From Euryarchaeota archaeon UBA439 (GTDB lineage Archaea; Thermoplasmatota; Poseidoniia; Poseidoniales; Thalassarchaeaceae): a stretch of DNA of 63,403 bases. The stretch spans positions 1-63,403 of the forward strand of contig DANB01000016.1 in the NCBI GenBank assembly GCA_002497245.1, given 5' to 3'. This document shows, in pieces, positions 39,790-47,611 of this stretch. Both the position numbers and the translations under genes were made by a program. The notes beneath the pieces are model-generated. The model ran no database searches. It was given only the letters and a program-made list of their open reading frames with translations, and had not been told where the DNA came from. The stretch's first letter is position 1. Every line of letters begins with the position of its first letter.

Positions 39790-39866
39790 GGGCGTGTGGC
39801 GCAGCTTGGAAGCGCGCTTCTTTGGCTAAGAAGAGGCCCCGAGTTCAAATCTCGGCTCGTCCACCA
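39790..39866 (+). tRNA. tRNA-Ala (anticodon GGC), CCA encoded
   Basis: GGGCGTG acceptor stem with a G3:U70 wobble (Ala identity element). D-arm GCGC/GCGC. Anticodon arm CTTCT-TTGGCTA-AGAAG. T-arm CCGAG-TTCAAAT-CTCGG. One U:U mismatch at 6:67, and U at position 37. Confidence 0.85.
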
Positions 39867-39873
39867 TGTGATG

Positions 39874-39882
39874 TTTTTTTTT
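39874..39882 (+). terminator. Oligo-T tract (T9) 7 nt downstream of tRNA-Ala
   Basis: Archaeal terminators are typically oligo-T runs, and this one directly follows the tRNA 3' end. Confidence 0.5.
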
Positions 39883-40069
39883 CGACTCTTTTTCCTTTAG
39901 AAAATATTTTTCACAATCTTTAGAAATTTTTTTTTCTTATCTTTTTCCAAATATTCATTTGTTCTTTTTTTTATAAAACTACTTCTTATACTAAAGTCAA
40001 ATTATCAATATTTAGGATTAATAATGTTCAAATGTACAATATCGGTCATTTTTTCTATGATTTAAGGCA

Positions 40070-40077
40070 TTATATAA
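40070..40077 (+). promoter_or_regulatory. Candidate TATA box (TTATATAA) for glnII
   Basis: Lies 55 nt upstream of ATG 40132. A GGCGGTGA Shine-Dalgarno-like element sits at 40121-40128. Position-based guess only. Confidence 0.3.
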
Positions 40078-40131
40078 TCTAATATTTCTTCAAACGAACA
40101 AATAATAAACCTAATGCTTAGGCGGTGACTT

Positions 40132-41139
40132 ATGGTAGATAAAGCAAAACTCGAATACATTTGGCTAGATGGATATGAACCGACTCAAAGCATGAGAAGT
40201 AAAACAATGGTTGTTTCAGATTTCTCTGGCAATATTGAAGATTGCAAACAATGGTCATTTGATGGTAGTTCTACCAAGCAGGCAGAGGGAAACTCATCTG
40301 ATTGTTTGTTAAAACCTGTAGCAATATATCCTGATCCAGACAGAATCAATGGTTATTTGGTGATGTGTGAAGTTTACAATGCCGATGGCACCCCTCATGT
40401 GACGAATGGGAGATCAACTATCGAAGAAGATGATGATGATTTTTGGTTTGGTTATGAACAAGAGTATTTCTTGTGGGATCCAGAAACAAATCTCCCATAT
40501 GGATTCCCTAAAGATGCAACTGGGCAGGGTCAGTTTTACTGTTCTGTGGGGGCCTCTAATACCTTTGGCAGAGATATAATAGAAGCTCATCTTGATATGT
40601 GTCTTGATGCAGGTTTGAATGTTGAAGGAATCAATGCAGAAGTAGCAGTTGGGCAATGGGAGTATCAAATATTCGCTAAGGGTGCTAAGAATGCAGGAGA
40701 TGAGATTTGGGTCTCTCGATATCTAGCAGAAAGAAATGCGGAGAAGTATGGTTTAGAGATTAATTGGCATCCAAAACCTTTAGGCGCTACAGATTGGAAT
40801 GGTTCTGGAATGCATGTAAACTTCTCAGATACTACATTGAGAACTTGTGGAGACGAGGAAGTTTTCAACAAAGTATGTGAAGCGTTTGGAAAGAATATTA
40901 AGAAACACATGGATGTTTATGGTGCACATAATGAGCAGAGATTAACCGGTCTCCATGAAACTCAGTCAATTCATCAGTTCTCCTACGGTGTTTCTGATAG
41001 AGGTGCTTCCATTAGAATTCCAATTGGGACAGTCGAAGACGGTTGGATGGGTCGATTAGAAGATAGACGTCCTTCCTCTAATGGTGATCCATACAAAATC
41101 GGTGCAGTTGTGATTAGTACTACTAAGTCAGCATATTGA
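40132..41139 (+). CDS. glnII: Glutamine synthetase type II (eukaryote/bacterial GlnII type)
   Basis: KLEYIWLDGY, FDGSSTKQAEGNSSDCLLKPV, GINAEVAVGQWEYQIF, DWNGSGMHVNFS, and RGASIRIP..LEDRRPSSNGDPY align along the full length with GlnII as I recall it. Confidence 0.9.
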   Translation: MVDKAKLEYIWLDGYEPTQSMRSKTMVVSDFSGNIEDCKQWSFDGSSTKQAEGNSSDCLLKPVAIYPDPDRINGYLVMCEVYNADGTPHVTNGRSTIEEDDDDFWFGYEQEYFLWDPETNLPYGFPKDATGQGQFYCSVGASNTFGRDIIEAHLDMCLDAGLNVEGINAEVAVGQWEYQIFAKGAKNAGDEIWVSRYLAERNAEKYGLEINWHPKPLGATDWNGSGMHVNFSDTTLRTCGDEEVFNKVCEAFGKNIKKHMDVYGAHNEQRLTGLHETQSIHQFSYGVSDRGASIRIPIGTVEDGWMGRLEDRRPSSNGDPYKIGAVVISTTKSAY

Positions 41140-42063
41140 TTTAATTTGCTTGACAACCTCATCCGCACATCCCCATGAGAGAGTAACCCCTGCTCCTCCA
41201 TGTCCGTAATTGTGAAATATTTTCTTACCCATTATCTCTTCTTCTTCCAATCTTACTTCGTAGCGAGAAGGCCTCAGACCAACTGCTGTACCAACAATAT
41301 TTCTTCTATCTAATTCTGGCCATAATTCCTCACATTTCGAAAGAATATATTCATTATCCTCTAATCTAATATTTTCTTCCCAGTCATCTTTTTGAGCGGT
41401 CCCTCCCAGTACTGTAACATCTCTCCGAGGTATTGTATAAGTCAGTGTCTCAGGTTTTTGGTCAAATCTTCCAAATCCTGGGTCTTGTTTGATATAGATT
41501 ACTTGTCCTCTAACAGGCCTTAGCTCGTTATCATCGCACAATTCTCTTCCCCCTAGACCACAACAATTCACTATTATCTCTCCAGGAACATCTTTCAATG
41601 TAGAGAATTCTTTCAATTCATAAAAACCACCTAATTTTTCAAATCTAGAAAGTAACCAAGGCATGTAATGATTCATTTCTATAACAGGTGCTTCAATTTC
41701 CCAACCAAAATTATATCCACTAATAACTTCCCTTCCTTCAAGAACTCTAAAATGAGGTATTTCAGTACTCCATCCAGGTAATTCGCATTTTTCTTTCAAA
41801 TATTCTCTTCCTAAACGCATTGTTATACATTCAATATTTTCTTCATCTTTCAGTCTTATTAATTCATAGAATGTTTCTGTAGACCATTTATTTGTTTTCT
41901 CAACTGGCTCAGCAAGAAATGGATACCACCATGCTGCAGCAACATCTGAAACAGTATTTGGACTCATATTTTTTGCAAAGATTGTAACTTTAAAACCTGA
42001 TTCCAATAGTCTAATTGCCGTCGTTAGTCCTGAAACTCCCGCGCCTAGTACGGTAATTTCCAT
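41128..42063 (-). CDS. dao: D-amino-acid oxidase family FAD flavoprotein
   Basis: N-terminal VLGAGVSGLTTA Rossmann motif. C-terminal IFHNYGHGGAGVTLSWGCA matches the DAAO signature. Confidence 0.85.
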   Translation of the reverse strand: MEITVLGAGVSGLTTAIRLLESGFKVTIFAKNMSPNTVSDVAAAWWYPFLAEPVEKTNKWSTETFYELIRLKDEENIECITMRLGREYLKEKCELPGWSTEIPHFRVLEGREVISGYNFGWEIEAPVIEMNHYMPWLLSRFEKLGGFYELKEFSTLKDVPGEIIVNCCGLGGRELCDDNELRPVRGQVIYIKQDPGFGRFDQKPETLTYTIPRRDVTVLGGTAQKDDWEENIRLEDNEYILSKCEELWPELDRRNIVGTAVGLRPSRYEVRLEEEEIMGKKIFHNYGHGGAGVTLSWGCADEVVKQIKSIC

Positions 42064-42148
42064 GGGTTGGAATAGAGGTATAGTAAATCATCTAGTCGGT
42101 ATGATAACAATCTTAATGATTGGACCTTTAGAATGTACAGGTTATAGT

Positions 42149-42334
42149 ATGCCCAAAGTCAGAAGGCCGAAAAAAGGTTGGTTTAGACCTTCAAAAAAGA
42201 AGCCTCGTCGAGGACCCCTAGTGTCTCCAAGTGAGAGAGGGCTTCCTCCGTGCCCTGCATGTGGGGAATGGAGTATGCAGAAAGATAATAATCGGAAAGA
42301 GATTTATTGCGGTGCATGCGGTGCTATTGCTTGA
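42149..42334 (+). CDS. Small basic zinc-ribbon protein (61 aa)
   Basis: MPKVRRPKKGWFRPSKKKPRRG...CPACGEW..(15)..CGACG. Internal ATG chosen, because the long form starts inside the divergent dao gene boundary. Confidence 0.45.
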   Translation: MPKVRRPKKGWFRPSKKKPRRGPLVSPSERGLPPCPACGEWSMQKDNNRKEIYCGACGAIA

Positions 42335-42449
42335 TTTTATCGTAAATCCAATATGTCACAATCTCTCCGCTATCATTGTCGCAGTGATGAGGAACCGCAC
42401 CGGATATCTTGGGTATCGCGAGTGATGGGCGATCTGAGCGGCTTCCAAG

Positions 42450-44051
42450 GTGAATATATTGGATAGAATAGTAACTGATAACCAGGGCAGGAAATTACGT
42501 TTACTAGAGCCCACTTCTTTGAGTTCAGCCCCTAATGATTTTCAATTATCTAGGACTAGCAGACCTTTTAGAAGATATTTTTCTTTAGTTGCTAATTCAT
42601 TAATCATGGTTTTTCTCGTCCAAGCATTTTCGGCTCAGCTGATTGGTATTCTTGATGGTGAACCACTATATGTTATTGGATGTAGTTTTGTAACTTTTCC
42701 ATGTATTGGTTTTTTGATTTTCCTACATCGCCCCAAACTAATCGAAGTTAGATTATTAACATCTCATGAGAGTGGCATGTATGCTCATCCAATTCCTGAA
42801 GGCGGTTCAATTCAGACACCCAATCCTACGAAAATGAGCCGATTTCTTGTTAGAGATGATTCTATAATTGATACACCACCTTCATTTTGGATATGGGTTA
42901 TTTTTGCCATTTGTCTTTGTATTTCTTTTGTGATAGCAATAATTGAGATAATAGGTGGCGATTTAGGGCTTATTCTTTCTTTGATCATGGCTTTACCAAT
43001 GACTTTAATTTTATTTTCTATTCCAGTTTATGCTTGGTGGGCATCATCAACATCTTGGATTGGCCTTCCTACTCGTTTGAGAGATGCCGAATCATGGTTA
43101 ATTGCAGGAATGGCGGCGGGAATTCCTGCAATTCTGATTAATAGTTGGTTAACTCCTGCCTTAGTACCTTCATCTTGGTCAAGTGATACGGAGATGTTTA
43201 TCGTTTCCACATTTAGTGCCCCCATTGGTGAAGAAATTTTCAAGTTTTTAGCAGTATTATTCTTCATTTCTTCAATAAAAGGTCCCAAAACTGGTTTTCA
43301 AGTTGGTTTCACAGTTGGTTTAGGATTTGCTATTGCTGAAAATTTTGGATATCTCTTAATGTCATATGGAGAAGGAGGATTTACAGGATTATTTTTGACA
43401 TCATTAATTAGAGGAATTGGTTCAATCCCTGGTCATGCAGTATGGACCTCATTTAGTGGTGCTGCTTTGGGTTGGTGGATAAGTAACCCTGAAAATAAAG
43501 CAAAAATAATTTTTATTATGAAAAATCTTTCTTCTAAATCAATGGATATTATTGAGGGTATAGGAATTGATGTTGATATGGATGGCGATGTATCTGGATT
43601 TGATGGCAAAGAGTATACTATGTTAACTGCTCTTGAAGAGGCGAAAAAACCTTCTGATGTGACTAATTGGACTGTTTCTGAAGATAATTCTGAAAAAATC
43701 TCTACCTCTCTAATTGGCAATAATCCAATGTGGTGGATATTACCTGAAAATTATAGTAATAAATCGGTTATGTTTTCCGGAAATGACAGTGAAGTAGTTA
43801 ATTCTGAGCACAAATTGAAAATTATTCCTCCTAAATCAATTATTTTAGGTCTCCTAATTGCGATTGCTGGACATTCATTATGGAATGGTTCATCATTCAT
43901 CCTATGGGAAATTGGTATAATAATCGGTCTCAGTGAGGACGTGATTGTTTTACTCACCCTACTCTTGATCATTTTCCTAGTAATTCTCGTTCTTTTTGTA
44001 TCTTCTTTGCTCATGAGAGGGGTCAGCACAATCTCAGATATTAGTAACTAA
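42450..44051 (+). CDS. PrsW-family intramembrane metalloprotease with long insert
   Basis: GEEIFKFLAV (EExxK), AIAENFGY, GHAVWTSFSGAALG, and GHSLWNG. A ~110-aa soluble insert precedes the last motif. GTG start is uncertain. Confidence 0.7.
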   Translation: MNILDRIVTDNQGRKLRLLEPTSLSSAPNDFQLSRTSRPFRRYFSLVANSLIMVFLVQAFSAQLIGILDGEPLYVIGCSFVTFPCIGFLIFLHRPKLIEVRLLTSHESGMYAHPIPEGGSIQTPNPTKMSRFLVRDDSIIDTPPSFWIWVIFAICLCISFVIAIIEIIGGDLGLILSLIMALPMTLILFSIPVYAWWASSTSWIGLPTRLRDAESWLIAGMAAGIPAILINSWLTPALVPSSWSSDTEMFIVSTFSAPIGEEIFKFLAVLFFISSIKGPKTGFQVGFTVGLGFAIAENFGYLLMSYGEGGFTGLFLTSLIRGIGSIPGHAVWTSFSGAALGWWISNPENKAKIIFIMKNLSSKSMDIIEGIGIDVDMDGDVSGFDGKEYTMLTALEEAKKPSDVTNWTVSEDNSEKISTSLIGNNPMWWILPENYSNKSVMFSGNDSEVVNSEHKLKIIPPKSIILGLLIAIAGHSLWNGSSFILWEIGIIIGLSEDVIVLLTLLLIIFLVILVLFVSSLLMRGVSTISDISN

Positions 44052-44119
44052 CAATTAACTTACATGTCTCTCCGAATCTTTGATGACCCCCCCCTCGTCG
44101 CAGAAAGACTGGAATCACC

Positions 44120-44854
44120 ATGGATATAGGAGACGACCAAATTATTTCTATTGGCCTTGTCTTAGCTCTATTGCTGCTTTCAAAGGTCAGAGATCTATTA
44201 GATAATAGTGGCTTATTTGCAGCTACATTAACAGGTCTCACAGTATCGTTAATGGGGCATTGGACTTGGCTGATTTCTCTATTTACATTCCTCATAATAG
44301 GTTCTTTAGCTACAAAATGGAAGTTAGATGAGAAGAAACTACTTTCATTGGAAGAGGCAAATGAAGGACTTAGGAGTTGGAAAAATGTTCTGGCTAATGG
44401 TGGAGCGGTCTCGATAGTGGCGATATACAACTTCCTTTTCCCCGGTCAAGAATGGATTTATTTTGCAGCTATAGCAAGTATATCTGTGGCTTTGTCTGAC
44501 ACTTTAGCATCCGAAATCGGGTCACTAGATACTAGGACTAGAAGTATCACAACTTTACAGTCAGTTCCTGCTGGAACCAATGGAGGAATGTCTCCAACAG
44601 GTACTGTGGCAGCATTGTTCGGTGCAATCCTCATTTCAATTGTTGGAGTAATTTTTTCTCCTGATGATTCTAAAATTTCTGAAATTCAACTTCTTTCTCT
44701 GTTGTCACTAATAGGTTGGCTAGGGTGTCAAGTTGATTCAATTTTAGGAGCGGTGTTAGAGAATAGGGGTTATCTCGGAAAACATAGCGTAAATTTCCTT
44801 GCAACATTTTCTGGTTCACTGATGGCAATTATTTTTTATTATCAATTCCTATGA
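44120..44854 (+). CDS. DUF92/TMEM19 (COG1836) integral membrane protein
   Basis: RSWKNVLANGGAVS and LSDTLASEIGS motifs; about 7 helices. The family includes the plant VTE6 phytyl-phosphate kinase. Confidence 0.7.
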   Translation: MDIGDDQIISIGLVLALLLLSKVRDLLDNSGLFAATLTGLTVSLMGHWTWLISLFTFLIIGSLATKWKLDEKKLLSLEEANEGLRSWKNVLANGGAVSIVAIYNFLFPGQEWIYFAAIASISVALSDTLASEIGSLDTRTRSITTLQSVPAGTNGGMSPTGTVAALFGAILISIVGVIFSPDDSKISEIQLLSLLSLIGWLGCQVDSILGAVLENRGYLGKHSVNFLATFSGSLMAIIFYYQFL

Positions 44855-44893
44855 ACTAATTAGCGTTGACTTTGAGTAATAATAGGTGCTGGC

Positions 44894-47227
44894 ATGAGCA
44901 TGAGTGGCAGAAAGTCAAGTAAGACATTTGTGTCATTATCGATTATTTCATTGATTTTTATATCTCTAATTAGTATCTCCTCGGCGCAAATCATAGCTCC
45001 ACAAGGTCCAGGGATTGAATGGGAAAAACCAGAAAGCCATCGGCTGTTTCTAAAAGGTGAGGCCACATCTCCTTATCTCGATAACAATTGGAGCTCTTTG
45101 ACTGGTCAACCTATTGGTTCAATCGACTTCCAGAAAACTGTCGGTTCAACAAACTTGATCGACATTCAATCAGCTCCAATCATGGAAGATTTAGAGTTTA
45201 ATGGCAACATTACAGTTCACATTTTTGCATCTCTAGATGTTGCAAATGATGGATGTAAGTTTACAAATGTCCTTCCCGGTTCTCCTTTGGGTTCAGAAAC
45301 AAGGTTCTCTGTTTCACTCACATTGGGAAATAATCAAATTCTTTTAGATGCTCAAACTAATTCTATAGTAATGGAGGAATCCTTTACCTTGGCTCATGAA
45401 TTTTTAGTTGATGCTAACAATATCAATGTAAGTCTTAAGCAGGGCGATCTAATTGGATTACGAATTGATGTAATACACGATTGTGCACAGACAGGAGTTT
45501 TATGGTGGGATACTTATGATGCGACTACAGGAATAGAATTTAAAGGTGAACTAATTTATCCTGAATTAGATCAGACAGTTGACCCCAATGGGATAATCAG
45601 AGTAGAATTTACACCAAATTCACCTTGGGGAAATGATCTTTATCTTTCTCAAGTTTTAGAGGTTATTGGACCTGTTGAATGGCAAGACATGATTCATGGC
45701 AATGCAGATGAAAATACCAGATTAGATCATTTTGAATCCCCTCATGGAATTAGAGTAGATGAATTTAATCGTACGGTTTTAACTTGGTCCTCACAAAATC
45801 GCCTTTCTTCAGGAAAGTATATGGTCGATAGTTGTTACAAATTATCAGATCAAGACCCTGGAGAAACCTGTGACCTTATCGGAGTTCTTAGGTTTGAAGT
45901 CTTAGAACCAGAACCATCTCTATTAAATGGAACTTGGGCAGCTATTTTGATTCCTCTTAGTATCATTTTTTGGATTGGCATCTCTATGAAAGAGGCACTA
46001 CTACCTTTACCGGCATATGGAGTTATTTTGTTACTAGCATTAACAACTCTGGGCCCAGCAATGAATTTACCAGATATTGATTTCGAAGAACCGAGATTTG
46101 AGGGGGCATCTCCCTCGTTCTCATTATATGAGCATGGCGAGAATCAACAGTTAGTAGAGTTTAGTGATTTATTATCAGATTATGATGCAATAGTTATTGG
46201 ACTATTTACTCCAAGTTCTCCAAATGCTGAGATTCAAAGAGTTGATTTCGAAATAGCTCAGAAGGTAATTGATGATGATGTTGCGTTTCTCCAAATTGCA
46301 ACTGGAGAAGGTGTCAATAGTTTAGATTTAGATAAATTAGTAAATGAGATTAATGGGAGTTGGCCAGTTCTTATTGACAATCCAGATTCATCTGTTGGAA
46401 AATCGTTCCCTAGCAGAGCTTCAGACTCAGTTTTTGTGATTGATTCAGCAGGATTCATATCCTCTTGGAAGCCTGGAACTATGTCTTCACAATCAATAGA
46501 AGATTCAGTAGAATCGTCCTATCTTGGTTCAGGAAATCTACCTTTAGATTTGCTAGGTCTGATTATTGGAACTACTTTTCTTCCTCTTGTGGTCTTAGCG
46601 ATGCCTAGAGGCGGGAAATACGAAGTTCCCGATTCCCCCCTTATACCTGGAGCAGGATTAGCGCTTACATTATATTCTTCGAGTGTAGGTTTTGCTTTGT
46701 GGGCATTACCTGTATCGATCTTGTCAATATTAGGATTAGGTTCGTTTTGGATTTATATTGAACTTATAATAAGTTTGATGCTTATTTATCATGGTCTTTC
46801 TATGTTATTTAGAGGTGGCATTAAAGAAATAGAAATTATTGGAGGACTATTTTATTCTAGATTACCTGAACCGTATCAATTATGGTGGAAAGAAAATAAA
46901 TTCTTAGATGATATGTATTTAGGTCTCTGGGTTGCATGGTTATTATGGCTTAGAGCACCAAATACAATACCGCAAGCCATCGGCGCAGTTGCAAGGTCTG
47001 GATTAATTGGAATATTTATCTGTATGATATTTTTCTTAGGTTACATGTTTATGGCTGGTTTAGTAGTAGTAATTTTCAGAACTAGTTTAGCTATAGTTGG
47101 AGATTTCACACGAATTTTGGGTTCACTAAGTGTCGGACTAAGGCCACGTGCATGGGGATTAACTTGTGCCATCCTTGGAGTATGGGTTTTATTCAGCATA
47201 GTTGCTGGGCCTTTGATGATAATGTAA
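44894..47227 (+). CDS. Large surface/membrane protein: signal peptide, ectodomain, TM segments, Cys-less thioredoxin-like module, polytopic C-terminus
   Basis: N-terminal signal (SLISISSAQ) and multiple hydrophobic helices from residue ~345 onward. Confidence 0.65.
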   Translation: MSMSGRKSSKTFVSLSIISLIFISLISISSAQIIAPQGPGIEWEKPESHRLFLKGEATSPYLDNNWSSLTGQPIGSIDFQKTVGSTNLIDIQSAPIMEDLEFNGNITVHIFASLDVANDGCKFTNVLPGSPLGSETRFSVSLTLGNNQILLDAQTNSIVMEESFTLAHEFLVDANNINVSLKQGDLIGLRIDVIHDCAQTGVLWWDTYDATTGIEFKGELIYPELDQTVDPNGIIRVEFTPNSPWGNDLYLSQVLEVIGPVEWQDMIHGNADENTRLDHFESPHGIRVDEFNRTVLTWSSQNRLSSGKYMVDSCYKLSDQDPGETCDLIGVLRFEVLEPEPSLLNGTWAAILIPLSIIFWIGISMKEALLPLPAYGVILLLALTTLGPAMNLPDIDFEEPRFEGASPSFSLYEHGENQQLVEFSDLLSDYDAIVIGLFTPSSPNAEIQRVDFEIAQKVIDDDVAFLQIATGEGVNSLDLDKLVNEINGSWPVLIDNPDSSVGKSFPSRASDSVFVIDSAGFISSWKPGTMSSQSIEDSVESSYLGSGNLPLDLLGLIIGTTFLPLVVLAMPRGGKYEVPDSPLIPGAGLALTLYSSSVGFALWALPVSILSILGLGSFWIYIELIISLMLIYHGLSMLFRGGIKEIEIIGGLFYSRLPEPYQLWWKENKFLDDMYLGLWVAWLLWLRAPNTIPQAIGAVARSGLIGIFICMIFFLGYMFMAGLVVVIFRTSLAIVGDFTRILGSLSVGLRPRAWGLTCAILGVWVLFSIVAGPLMIM

Positions 47228-47299
47228 AATAAATTTTTATTTTTGAAGACATCACACCGAGAGCATCATAAGAGTGTAGTCTTTCGTAGTGTTACCCTT

Positions 47300-47488
47300 G
47301 GGGGTATAGTATAACTTGGTAGTACAGCGGGCTCCAGTTGCACGGGAATGACGACGAATAAGTGATCTGATGGTATTGATGACCAACTGGAGCACCGACC
47401 CGTCGCAACCCGAGAGCGTGCAATTGCCAAGTGCACGCTAGGCGGAAGATACCCGCTGATCTGGGTTCAAATCCCAGTGCCCCCACCA
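47300..47488 (+). tRNA. tRNA-Trp (anticodon CCA) with ~113-nt intron (about 47338-47450), CCA encoded
   Basis: Exon 1 is GGGGGTA..GCGGG-CTCCAG. Exon 2 is A-CCCGC-TGAT-CTGGG-TTCAAAT-CCCAG-TGCCCCC-A-CCA. Acceptor, anticodon and T stems all pair. Intron placed at the canonical 37/38 position. Confidence 0.85.
47342..47403 (+). ncRNA. Box C/D sRNA embedded in the tRNA-Trp intron
   Basis: Terminal stem ACGGG (47342-46) / CCCGT (47399-403). Box C ATGACGA 47348-54, D' CTGA 47367-70, C' TGATGA 47377-82, D variant CCGA 47395-98. Both spacers are exactly 12 nt. The D-guide (47384-93) pairs 10/10 with 47331-40. Confidence 0.7.
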
Positions 47489-47611
47489 GCTCAATTTCCA
47501 ACTATAGTTAAACTAGTTCTGAAAATGATGGTGCTATCGACGCAGAAATTGTAGAATAATGGAAGTCTACAGTACACTCCTTTCATATCTCTGTGCATAT
47601 GTCCGCAGGTC

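Noticed and set aside
42062-42148. N-terminal 29 codons of the 90-aa track ORF
   Set aside because: This start abuts the first codon of the divergent dao gene and adds a non-conserved-looking hydrophobic stretch. The internal ATG 42149, which gives a compact basic zinc-ribbon protein, is preferred with low certainty.
44041-44430. 129-aa minus-strand ORF
   Set aside because: It is antisense to the end of PrsW and the start of the DUF92 gene, both of which are supported by motifs.
47355-47366. D' guide of the intron C/D sRNA as a guide for position 39 of tRNA-Trp, as in Haloferax
   Set aside because: Its complement, ATCACTTATTCG, does not occur in either exon or around 47451-47460. No cis target is supported.
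47519-47545. Possible second C/D sRNA (CTGAAAATGATGG) downstream of tRNA-Trp
   Set aside because: There is no matching downstream CTGA box, no terminal stem and no C'/D' pair at the appropriate spacing.
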